A stretch of DNA of 64,000 nt from Geosiphon pyriformis uo1 (Eukaryota; Fungi; Glomeromycota), in the NCBI GenBank assembly GCA_016748015.1, contig JAAOMT010000742.1, positions 103,543 through 167,542 of the forward strand. Reading direction: 5' to 3'. The notes beneath the pieces are model-generated. The model saw nothing but the letters and a program-made list of their open reading frames with translations, ran no database searches and was not told where the DNA came from. The first letter of the stretch is position 1, and every line of letters begins with the position of its first letter. The position numbers were made by a program, and so were the translations under genes. Positions 47,708 through 60,153 of this stretch are shown in pieces.

Positions 47708-48947
47708 TTAGAGAACTGGAAATGTTGTGCCAAAATATGGGCCAAAGTGAGCTGTAGTGCTTGATCCATCTGTTGACAAGCTACATTCCTTTGGAAATGA
47801 AACAAACCCATTCATAAGTAAAAGATAATAAATTTTGGATAAATTAAAAGTTGAGAACGTACCGGATTTTCACCATATCGAAGCGAAGCTTTAATATTAT
47901 ATCCAGGGCATTTATAGATTTTTGGCTCACCATTAATTTCTGCACAATCACAATCATCTGATATCCAATACTCTAATTCATGATGCATATATTCAGGTTC
48001 AATTGGATGTATCTTTGGTTGATGAGGAAAATGGTCATTTTTGTTGGTTACACGATATAATGTGAGCAGGCTATTAACATATTTGGCAAAGTATGCGTTT
48101 CCAATTCTCGGTTCCCCAAAAGTTACCACAATCCATTCTATACTTATATTAGGATCACCGCGAAAAACTTCCGAGAAAGTTTCTTTCAACTGGACAGCAG
48201 CAAGCAAAGCGTAAACTTTTTAAGATAAAAAATTTAGGTTTGATATGACAAACTTTTATATATAACCAAAAAATACCAATAATTATACCTCCTCCAAGTC
48301 CATGTCCGGTAAAATAAATCTTGAGTCCAACAAATGCATTTGTATTTTTAAGGAAATCAATTATAAATCTTTGAGCCTTTAACGCAATGTCAACGGAATT
48401 TCGCAGCCATTCACCGTCAACTAAGGCCTTCCCAATTTTCTTGTATTTTTGTAAAGAAGGTATTCTTGAAGCCCATTCTTGTGGTCCCATCCTTTTTCTA
48501 CTTCCCACAAAAATTATGAATTCTTTATATAGAGCAAGTTCTTCAAAGTCAGCTATTAAAGAAAAATTTTAAAAATCAGTCTTCCTTGACTATCTTACTA
48601 AGTATTTGATTGCTTCTGTTTATCAACTCACCTACTACATCGGGCACTTCTAAACCCAGCCGATTTCCTCTGGGAGAAAGATATGGTTTCTCAGCGAATT
48701 TGGCCATTCGAGCCAAGAGACTTAAAGTCGCTGGATTTGTGATAATTGATTTTGGTTGAGAGTTTTTAGGTTTTTTACCAAACCCTTCCGCAACTATTTC
48801 TACTGATTTCAATATCTTTGGGAAAAGGGAATAAGGTCTTTTTAAATCTGTAAAGCCAACAATTTCCCCTTTCAAAATTGGAGTTTCTCCATGAGCTATT
48901 CGAAAAAAAACACTCAAAGAGAGAAATAAGAGAATCAAGTTCATCAT
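47708..48947 (-). CDS. Class-3 lipase-like protein L8, Ser>Gly (TGHGLGG); signal peptide
   Basis: MMNLILLFLSLSVFFRIAHG; 4 exons; motifs GHGLGG, TFGEPRIGN, NDHFP, HHELEYWI..CDC, AHFGPYFG; stop at 47708. Confidence 0.88.
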
Positions 48948-49818
48948 ATTGGAATAATTTAGCCAGCCGAAAACCTTTAGCCAAAAGTCACTATTTCCAA
49001 AAAATATTTTTTTATTTTAAAACAAATAAAGTTTAGTTACAATTGATTTAAAGTCAAATGGAACATCGTTGATTTCCAAACTTTGGAAATCTTTTACAGG
49101 GCTTCGGATTAACCTTGTTGTTTAGCTACGCACAAATATTTTCGGGAAAATAATAAAATTCACTTCTAATGTTTTAGTCATCAATGCTATGTCGTATTAT
49201 CAAATGGAACATATGATTTTATATTCGTTTTTAAAGAAAATTTTTTAATGCCAAATGGAGTATGACTCCTATTAGGTGAGTTTACTTTCAATTATTTTAT
49301 CTGAGCCTCAAAAATATTCTCCCCAATATAGTCATATCAAATTTTTGATTCATCCATCTGGAATTAAACGGATTAGTCCGTCTGTTGAAAGTATTAATTT
49401 TTTGTGTAACATAAAGTAAATCTTGCGAACTCGGATGAAACTTTTATTCTCCAACTGAAACCTACTCTGAACTTTTGCAATTTATTCCTTTCGGATTTTC
49501 TCCTGATTAATTGACTCTTTGGCTGCATTCCCTTTATCTTTGAAAAAAAAATTTGATTTGCTAAACATAAATAAACATGAAACATTTAATTAATCTCGTT
49601 CATTTTAAAATCATATAGAGACTTGAAAGTGATAGGATTAATATACCAATGATACAAATCTTCATTTGCGAAAATCGTAGAGACGATGTTCAAACTTCAT
49701 ATTGTTAAAAGACTTCCAGCGAAAAGTGAATTCAATTGTCTGGACAAAACTTCCTTCCAAATCTCATCTTTCTTTTGTTTTTTTCCCTTCGATTAACTGA
49801 CTTAGCTTTCTATTTAAA

Positions 49819-52010
49819 ATGTTTTCTAAAGTATTTAAAATAAAAAACGATAAATTTTACTCTTTCATAGTTTTAGCATTATTTCGATCTCTTACTTTTG
49901 ATATTATACTATTTAATTCATGTTTAACTTTACCAACGCTTTCCTCATATTCTCCACCAGGGCGATATGGACATACAGCAGTACTAGTCAATCAAAAAAT
50001 TTATTTTCTGGGTGGAATAGATTCTACTTCCGATCATATTTTTGACGATTTCTTTAGCTTAGATTTGTCCAAACGTTTTAATACAAATTCAAATTCGTTT
50101 GAATTGATACATAATAAAAAATCAATTCCAAAGGTAGCACGAGCAAGTGCCTTTGTGGTTCATGATACAAAAATTCTGGTTTGCGGTGGTATTGAGGTAA
50201 GGAAAAATAGTTATTTGAATTTGATTTATCTCGAAAATCTTTTTGGCTATAATGTTAAAAGTATTTAACAGAAAGTGAGCGACATCAAAACCAACGGTAC
50301 TGAGACCATACGTGCGAGTCGTTCAATATACTCAATCGACCTGAAATCTACAGATTCATGGACGAAAAAAGGTTTTAATTCTGAACTAGAATTTGCAACG
50401 AGAAATAAAACATTTCCATTTACTATTGACCAATCGGGCAAGATTTATGCATTCATCAGCTCAAGAGTGATCAATGATTCTTCGTATACTTATTATCAAA
50501 ATTTGAATGAAACCAATTTGAATTTGATCGAAAATTCTTCAATTTCAATTTTAAACAATAAAACTTCACGTTTTGTAAATGAATCGGCGGTCTATGTATT
50601 TGATACAGTCACCAACAGTTGGTCGATGAGACAACCAAAAGTTAAGGGAAATAGTGAGACCCCATTGCCAGGATATGAGTTTACGGCTACCTTTTTAGAT
50701 GATGGGCGGATTGTATATATTGGTGGAAAAAGTAATAATGGGAATTATGCGGATATGAGTAAAGTAAGTCTTTGCGGAAAGGTTATTGCTTGACTTGAAT
50801 TTAGACTAAAGACTTTCGATAAACTTATAGATTTGGACATATGACACGAAGAAAGACGAGTGGAATATAAATGTAAGTTAAAATTTAGATAGTTATCAAG
50901 ATTCTTAAATGATGCAAAATTTTTAGTTGACTTATTCTTCTTTTCGCTGACAGTCTGTGAATCCGAAAGGTGACACTATTACTCCAAGGAAACTTCATTC
51001 AGCCATCTTAGGCAAGTAGTTAGCAAAGAAGGAGATTGAGAATTGTCTTTTATTATGGGATTTTAAACTAATTTTTTATTGAAATATGAAACTTTTTTTT
51101 TTTTATAAAAGTCAATAATAGCAAGATAATTATATATGGTGGTTTCTCAGATCTATCGATTACAGGTGCAAATGCACTTGCCATTTTAGATACGCGAAAT
51201 TGGATTTGGAAAATACCAAAAAATGACAATCAGAACAGTATTCCATTCTCACATTCTGCCATCTTTTACCGTGATTATATGATTGTAGCTTTTGGTAAGT
51301 TTGGATACGCAGCGAAAGTTTTGGCATATTTACTTTCCTGCTGATTCAAATATAAATCCCTTTAATTATTTGTAGGTTATGTGCCACTAGGAAACAATAT
51401 AACCACAGGCAAACCAATCGAAAAGAATTACCTTAGCATTCTGGACACATCTAACAATTCTTTCAACTGGTTAACAGCATATATTCCAAGAGATAAACTC
51501 ACCCCTGGCACAAGCTCTAAAACAGAAAACAATTCAATCCCTGACCACTTAAACATAGATGCTTCTACCTCAAAATCATCGATCGGAAAAATAGTCGGAC
51601 TCTTAATTGGTTTAAGCGTATTTATCTTTGGTGGTCTGTTATTCTGGTTTTGTTGGCGACGAATAAAGAAAAATGATATAAGAAGACAAAGAAATACTCC
51701 TGTCTTTTTATCACCACCTGAAAAATCATTGGTTGTTCCAGCTTTATCAGCAAGTATGCTAAATCGAAACTCAACTTCTCCAAAGCCAAGTATACAAACC
51801 CTTGATTCAATTGAAAGCGATTTATCAACAACAACGTCTAGTTTGAATACTCCAGAATTCCCAAATTTGGATTCATATATTGTACGTGGTAATCGGGGTG
51901 TTTCTTTGTCGGGACAGTTACCACCACCACGACCAAAATTTCTATCAGTCCCGCCAATGAGAGTCACCAGTTCGGGACATATTTCAGCTTCAGTTGTTCA
52001 TGCTTTGTAA
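49819..52010 (+). CDS. Kelch / galactose-oxidase-like beta-propeller single-pass membrane protein
   Basis: Kelch repeats GRYGHTAVLVNQKIYFLGG, EFTATFLDDGRIVYIGG, RKLHSAILVNNSKIIIYGG, FSHSAILYRDYMIVAFG. TM helix IVGLLIGLSVFIFGGLLFWFCW followed by RR, then a Pro/Ser-rich tail. 6 exons. Confidence 0.87.
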
Positions 52011-53809
52011 TTTCAAGAATATAATATATATATATATATACCAAAAAAAATTTGTTGTAATTTTAGTATGTAGTTTAATATTGTAACTTAATAATAAGTG
52101 TCAATGTAAAATCATGAAGAATTTTGATTTAATTTTTCATAAACGTCTAATTGTCATCGAAACTTTTATTAGAATAATAGTATTTAAACGCTTTCAGAAA
52201 GTTTCTAACGAGTGAAGTACGAAATTTTCAGAGATATCAGCGATTACACAATAATTTTTTGTCCCAGAATTAAGGTTGAATTTCGTAATAATAAATTTTG
52301 TTACAATATATTAAACTCTTTGATTTTGTAAATAAATTACGGAAAAAATCAAATGATTAAGATATAATTTTAAATATCAAGACTGAAATTGCTTTTTCAA
52401 AGGTTATTGAATTATTACCAAATTATCAAGATTAAATCATTTAATTATTTTATTGATTTTAATTCATTAAAATTGTTTCCAAATATCAAAAAAATAAAAT
52501 CTAAGAAATTTTGTCTTGTCTCACAATTTTTAAAATTCAAAAAATGGAAAATCTTGAAATAACTTATCATAAGACAAAATAGTATAAATACTTAACCTTT
52601 TTTTTTCGTTTATAAAGCGGCCAAGCAGTCAAACAGATTGAAGTTTAATTTAAAACCCTTTGTCATTAACGCACTAAAAAATGATTGGATTTGGAAGATA
52701 AATATATGATAATATTAAGCATTTAAAATGTATGCATTAGAAAGTAGATTAAATACCATATGAAAATTTTAAGAAAAGTAATCAAATAATCATCAATTCA
52801 ATTTTCTATGATGTTCATCCATATAATTTCAAAATCAATTCATTTAATATTATGAATTTTTAAAATTGATTATTTTGATAATTTAAACATAAAATATTCT
52901 GGAATTTTAATAATTTTAATATTAACCTAATTTTTCTTTTTAATGAGAAGATGGGTTTGAAAAAATTTAAGAAAGGCTGTTTTTAAAGAGATAAAATATT
53001 GGGAAAGAAGTTAAAAGTCGTTGAATCAGACTTTAACGGCATAACTCGATACTTTAGTCATTGTAATTTCACGCCAATGAGAGAAAAAAAAATGTTTACA
53101 GACGGAGGACGTTGATTATGCATAGAATATCGCTCATTGAGATTTTTTCTAGATGAATTTATTCTTATATAGAGTACAGGTTGAATAGTGATGAAATTGC
53201 AATTATTAGTTTGAGCTAGAAAAAAAAAGCATTCTAACTGAATATGTCTTAAATTGTCAAACTTTCTGGATAAAAACCACTGCTAATTAATTTATAGTAT
53301 TTCCTTTTCTATATATATTTTTTGATGTGAGAGAAATCCTGAAATATAATAAAGTGAAAACAAATTAGCAAAATTGTGTGTTTTGGACCTTGTTAAATCT
53401 TTCGTTTCAATGACAAAAATTGACATAATTTTTAGATGAAAAAATACTTGTAAATTCTTATCTTTAGAGAATGATATGATACCTAACAATCTGGATAATT
53501 TTTAGCTGTTTAATATTAAGCACGCACGAAATAATATCAAATTTTTTACAAATTGTATAAAGAGGCAGAAATGATACGAAAAATGAAAATATTATTGTTA
53601 CTTAAATTTTAAGATTAAAAACGAGTTGAAAGAAATTGAAAATGAACATCACAAATAGTAAGCAAATTGATACCCAAAGAAAAATTTAATATCAAGATCT
53701 TGAATCAAAATTAAAATGACTCATGTTCTAAAAAAAAAACATTCCTTCTCACAATTCCTCTTTTCTTGACAATTATTTTTCTAATCATCTTAATATTATC
53801 GATGGTAAA

Positions 53810-54091
53810 ATGGCATTTACAAAAAAAATTCAAAAAAATTCAATAAAAAATCATCACGGCTCTAGAAAAATCTGTTCAAAACTTCCTCCATTACAATTAC
53901 TCAACAATACCTCAATTTTCCTTAAACCTCAGGCAATGATGGTTTTCAACTCACAAATCAATGAAAGTTCGTATAGTTTAATGATTGTGCCAAATCCTTT
54001 CACATGTCTAGCAGCAGAAAAATCACAACAATTTCCTTCCTTATTAAAACGTGCAAAAGAATTTGTGTTTCGAATGAAAAAATATAAATGA
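53810..54091 (+). CDS. Hypothetical 93-aa protein
   Basis: ATG in an A-rich context (aaaATGG) with an open 93-codon frame; no recognisable motif. Confidence 0.3.
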   Translation: MAFTKKIQKNSIKNHHGSRKICSKLPPLQLLNNTSIFLKPQAMMVFNSQINESSYSLMIVPNPFTCLAAEKSQQFPSLLKRAKEFVFRMKKYK

Positions 54092-55971
54092 AATTAAACC
54101 AAAAGAAAAAAATGAGAACAAACAAATTAGAAAAGAGATAAAAGTGGTTATTGACACTATAAGAACAATTGAAAAATTAAAATTTAGTATATCAGAGGAT
54201 TGTGGGTAAAATTCTGAAGTTAGCCAGCATCGTCAAATGTCTTGGCTTTCTCAATGGATAAAGATATCAGAGAAGTTTTCTCCATCTACCTGTAAAATTG
54301 TTTCTTGTTTAGTAAAGTTTTACCATTCTTTTCGGAAATACAACTAAACTAATATCTTAAAAGTCAATCGACTCATGATGACCATGAAATTACTATAGAA
54401 AATATAATTTTCATCATTATCCTAAATCTTTTACTATTTCTATAATCAATATCCGTTTCAAAATCTAAAGTAGAATTCCAATGAGCCAAAGGTTTATAAT
54501 AGCTCACTAATAATTAAATTTTTTGGAAAAGAGAAATATTATTATTATTATTATTATTATTAAAAGTTTTACTTTTAGAATTTCACCTATCTCTTTCAAG
54601 GAAATAAATTTTCAAGATTTTAGCAGCTAATCTTACAAAGGAAATCAAAGCATATGGTTTGGGTACAATAAAAGCCCCTTGATTTTCATAAATTAAGAAA
54701 TTATTTTTAGTTTGCTTTTTTATTTGTTTTGCTCATATTACTATGAAAAAATGGGGAATAGTTTTTGGAGGCAAATGATATCAACTATGATGCGATCTAT
54801 ATGCCCATTTTTGACTTTAATTTTCGGGAATAACAAGGGGCATAAAAAGATTTTTATTCTAACCCTTTTTAATTATCAGATGATAAAAAAATTAGGCTAA
54901 TAGTTTTCATGTTTGTCCAGAAAAGCGTTATCTTTTGTTATTTTCTTTTTCAAGTTTTAACACCGAGATTTTGTTTCAATTTTTTTGTTTAACAAATATT
55001 TATATTTGAAAATGTCATTTTTCGATCACAAATATTCATTTCCCAAAGTATCTTTTTAAGAAAAGTATAATCTCAATATTGAGACGTTTCAAATGTTTTT
55101 GCCCAAGAAAATTTAAATGATTGGAAAAAAAATATTTCGATTGTCTACCTCGCATGCACTTGAAGGTTTTTTTTATTTATATTTATGCAGCCTCAGTTTA
55201 AAAAATGATTTTATTAAAACCAAACTGACGCTTAGAAGATGGACAAATCTAGCTAATAAAAATATCTTTTAGAATCCCATATTTGATAAATATATTTGCT
55301 TTAGATCTTCATTGACTGACTTTTTAAAAATGAAATCTCTCCAGGATTTCTTCACGTTTGAATGCCATTCTAGAATAAACAAACCCTTTATTTAATGAAC
55401 GAACGAATAAATGACTATCTTTTTTTTAATTTTGGATATCGTAATGAAACTTGAAATGGTTTATGATCGTAAAAGTATAACAAAAGGTATTAATCTTCAA
55501 AGTTTTTTAAAGCAATTCATATATTTCTTGAAAAAACCATGGAATTCTCATGAATTCATGATAATGCATACGATCAAATTTTGGTTTTTCGTACTAATAT
55601 CATGAATGTATCTGATATAATCCCTTTTTAAATTAATCTGCACATGTACTACAAAGAGCAAATGTTTTATTATAATTCTTTAAAGAACTGAAAGTTTTAA
55701 GCAAAACGTTGATCACAATTATATTTGGTAATAAATTTGGGATCATTTCATTTGCGCACTTTTGGAAAATTGAAATTTTATTCTTTTCCAAACCTATTTT
55801 CCAATATTCTATAATCTACTCAAACATAGCAAAAGAAGCATCTCAGCCAGTATTCTAGAGTCAGTCAGGATTGTTTGTCATGATCTTCATTTGGAAAAAA
55901 AATCTCGGGTTTCTTTATATATATGCATCTATGACCTGTTCACTTTGCAAAAAATTTCACAAAAAGTCAAA

Positions 55972-58176
55972 ATGAAAAACCCAACTCCTTCCCTCACATT
56001 CTTACGTCTCCCAATATTTCTTTTTCTTTCAATACACTCATTGCTTTCGAGTCAAAGTGTAAATGCACAGGGTCAATGGGAAATTGTTGGAAGGTATTTA
56101 AAAGCTCAAAACTAGATTCTACATCATTGATTAATGATTCAGAAAGTTTTACAAGAAATCTCAAAATTTGGAAAAATTAATATCAATTCATATACACATG
56201 TATCCCCTAGCTCTAAAGTCGCAGCCATGCACATTGTTTTGACAGCCGCTACCAAAATGCTCATAATTGATAAAGGTGAATTATGTTGATCTTTTCGGAC
56301 TTTTAGAAAATGGCCAAACTAATTATACATTTCCCTTTAAAATTTCAGCCGAATTAAGTGATGAAGCGAAATCAAATGGCCAATTTGCTTACTCAGTTGA
56401 ATATGACCTTGACACAAAGCTCATACGCCCTTTGACGCTTAACACAAATAGTTTTTGTTCTGGTGGTTCTTTCCTTGGCAATGGGCAACTAGTTGAAAGT
56501 GGTGGGGGTGAAAAAACTGTAAGATTTAACAAATTTACAATGCCAATCATTCGCAAACTGTTTCTTTTCACATAATAATAATAATAATCTCTTTCACTTT
56601 AAAGGGTGGAAAAGCGCAATCCGACGTTGGATTTCAAGCACTCCGTCTTTTTAATCCATGTACGGATAATACCTGTGATTGGCAAGAAAACGTCAATGGA
56701 CTTGATTCATATAGGTGGTACCCAACGATGTTATCACTACCTGATGGTCGGGTTTTTATTCTTGGAGGATCAACAGAAGCGGCTAGAACTAACACCCCTG
56801 CTATCAATAATCCTACCTTTGAATATTATCCAAAGAGTTCACCATCTGGCCGATTCCCTTTCTTAGAGGATCTGACGTAAGCGATACAAAATTTTTACTT
56901 TCCCATATGCGGCATTTAAAACTCATTCAGTTTACTTAATTTACTCTAAATTGATTTGTCATAAATCTAAAAAAAAAACTATGCAGATTGCCGTACAATC
57001 TTTACCCAAATCTTAATGTAGTACCCGGACCTGAAGGGCAAAATTTGATTCACGTTTTCGCCAATACCAAGTCTATTCTTTGGGATTACAAGTCACAAAC
57101 TCAAACAAAAACATTTGATGACATCCCAGGACCACCAAGAACTTATCCGCTCACTGGCACTGGTCTGCTACTTCCATTAACGTATGAAAATGGTTATTCC
57201 GCAGATTTCTTTCTTTGTGGTGGCACAGAAAAGCTTGATATACGGTCGCAGGCTAGTAATACATGTGGTAAATTACGAATAACTGATCCTTCCCCTAGAT
57301 GGGAAATGGAAGACTTTGGTGGTCAAGGCCGCATTATGGCAGATGGAGTTATTTTAGTGGATGGCAAAGTATTATTCGTAAATGGTGCTGCGACTGGATA
57401 TGCTGGTTATCGTATGTATAACTGGTTGCAGTTTTAATGTGATTAGTCCCATTACTCAATCGGGTTTGATTGTATTCATCTCTTTGAAAATTAGCTAGAA
57501 ACATCACTCCAGTTGCTACAGATCCCGTCCTTTCTCCGGTGCTTTACGATCCTGATGCTCCAAAGGGTAGTCGGTGGTCAACGCTTGCTCCTTCTACCAT
57601 ACCAAGGATGTATCATTCCGTGGCTAGCTTAGTTCCTGATGGCACTGTATTTGTGTCAGGGAGCAATCCAAATGAAAAATATAGCCCTAACACCTCCCCA
57701 TATCCCACAGAGTAAGTGGTTTTAAATTATTCATCATCTATTCTATGTAAATCAATTGCCTTACACCTTTCTCCCTTTTTTTTACTAGGTTACGGATAGA
57801 ACGCTTCACTCCACCTTATCTAATGAATGGTCTCCCACGTCCCACAATTTTATCCATTGACGGTCAAAGTTTTGAATCCCAACCAATTAGCTTAGGATAC
57901 GGTAAAACGATTGATGTCATAGTCTCACTGCCAACAAATTCACCGAATCCCAAGTTTACTGCTGCCATAATACATTACGGTTTTGTTACACATTCACAAA
58001 GCATGTCACAGCGATATGTGAAGATTAAAATCATAAATGCCAGCAAAGACGGAGACAAATATACAGTGAGCGTCGAACTACCACCAAATTCAAATGTAAT
58101 TGTACCAGGTATACATTACTTACATATTTTGAACAATGGAACCCCGTGTGTAAAGGGGGTTAGAGTTAAATTATAA
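55972..58176 (+). CDS. Secreted copper radical oxidase / glyoxal oxidase (CAZy AA5_1)
   Basis: Signal peptide; VAAMH, NSFCSGG (cofactor Cys), RWYPT (Tyr), NLYP, RTYPLTG, VLFVNGA, PRMYHS (Tyr, His), VSGSNPN, YPTEL, GFVTHS (His). All Cu/radical ligands are intact; multi-exon. Confidence 0.93.
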
Positions 58177-60153
58177 AAAAAAAACTTAAATTTTTTTAAA
58201 AGATATCAATAGAAGTTAAGAAATACATTTTGAATAGACTTTCTTAATAATTAATCTTCAAAATCAAATAATTTGTAACTTTAGAATTTAAAGAGATTAA
58301 AGCTTAGTTTACATGATTAGACGTTAGGTTTGACATTGGTTCAAGAAAAACTAATCTGTGAGCAAAAACTTTATATTATACCATTCGAGAGCATCATGGT
58401 TCCTATCTTGAGGTAATCATCAAAGATATTGGAATTCAAGATTGTATTTGTACTTAGAAGCGTACTCTGCGTTAACACATATGTAATTGACCTCAGGACT
58501 CAAATTTTCTGTCAAAAAATATACTACTTCTGGTTTGGAGAAATAACTTTCCCTATTGAAAGATTTTTATTGAGCATCTGCTATCCTATCATGTTTATAA
58601 ATAGTTCTAATATTGAATGAGATATCTGGGGGATTAAAATCTTGCATATTAAAAAAATGAAACAAGACTTGCCCCTATTGTGCTATGTGTCAATTTTAAA
58701 TACATGGACATGTATGAGTTTTCTTATTTATACATGTATATAAATTAAACAAAACGACAATCTTAACCTGGCGGGTGATCATCGACTATTCTGTTATGGG
58801 TAACTGTATGAATCATTGAGAGTCTCTCTTTAATGGTTCATTTAACAAATGAATTTTTTTTTCAACTATTTTCCCTAATTTGTTAAATCTTATAGGGAAA
58901 TAGGGGCACATTTTCGACCTTTACATGCCTCCTATCTACCATCGGAATGTGCCAAAATGTCATTAAGCATACTCTTTATTAAATGCATTCCTTTAAAAAA
59001 AAAATTCAATTGCGGCAAGATTCTCCAAAAAAAAATTTAAATTTTTTTCTTAGAATTCTAGACAACTAGAATCGGGCTAAAAATACCAAAGACATTTCTT
59101 TTTTCAGATAAAAAATTTGAATATTTATCATTTTTTGCAGCTTTGAATCAAATGGTCAATTTTTTTCCGCTATTACTAAATTGTGCATTAAATAAATATT
59201 TTTCTGAAACACTACAGGATATAGGATTTTGCGATTTAATTAAATGTCATTCTTGAGAGTTTAACCAATAAAGGTTAAAACAAGATTTCATGTTTTTTAT
59301 TAATAATTATTTATTGATAAATATGTTAAGTTTAACGTGGTTTGAGCACAGGTAACTCGAATTTTTAATTGTATAATTTTTTAATACAATCACTTCAAAA
59401 AATTAATTTTCCATTTCTTGTTTTAGAAATTATGTAATTTTAAATGTTAAAATCTAAAATTTTTCAATTCTTAATTCATTGGCTTATAATAGATTATTGA
59501 TATAATATTTGTAATCATTTATTTCTAAAAGAGAGTAAAAGTAAATTATCGAAATTGATTTTAATTCTCAAATTTATATTTTAAGTCTAGATTTCACAAC
59601 TGCAAATGTGAAAGCATTGTTTTTTAAAATTATTGTAATCAGGCTGAATATTTTTTGGCCAAAAACAACATATAATACTTAAAATTTGATATAAAATAAA
59701 ATTTCCTAAACTGTATTTGAATTTTAATTCAAATTAATTTTATACCATTGATTAGATATGATATAAATATTTTTTTCGAAAGGATATTTTGAAACAAATA
59801 AATGATAAAAATAAATTTTGATTAAATAAGTTATAAGTAAAATATTAAATAAATATTTATTTCATGATATTTTTATCAGTTTCGATTTTCAAACTTACAA
59901 TAGGATTATGAAGAATTTGGACAAAACAAAAATAATTGACACAGGCTTTGAGTACTAATGATATTTAATAATTAAATCTTCATCTCTTCAAGTTTTTTTG
60001 GAATCAAATGGGAATCACTTTGTACAATTATTACTTCAACCAGTTTTTGAATGTTGAATACGAAATATTAAAGAATTCTTTCCATGTTTAGCATCTAAAG
60101 AAGTTTGTCTTTCGATCAGTCATACTTATTTTAAGCTCATCTATATCCAATTG

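Noticed and set aside
22656-48947. Ser>Gly and Cys>Ser changes as products of the TE-type hypermutation or sequencing error
   Set aside because: AGY>GGN is A>G and TGC>TCC is a transversion, both unlike the C>T/G>A bias. The same replacement occurs in seven diverged genes with three different Gly codons.
51428-51967. 179-aa minus-strand ORF
   Set aside because: Antisense to the last exon of the kelch membrane protein; no motif.
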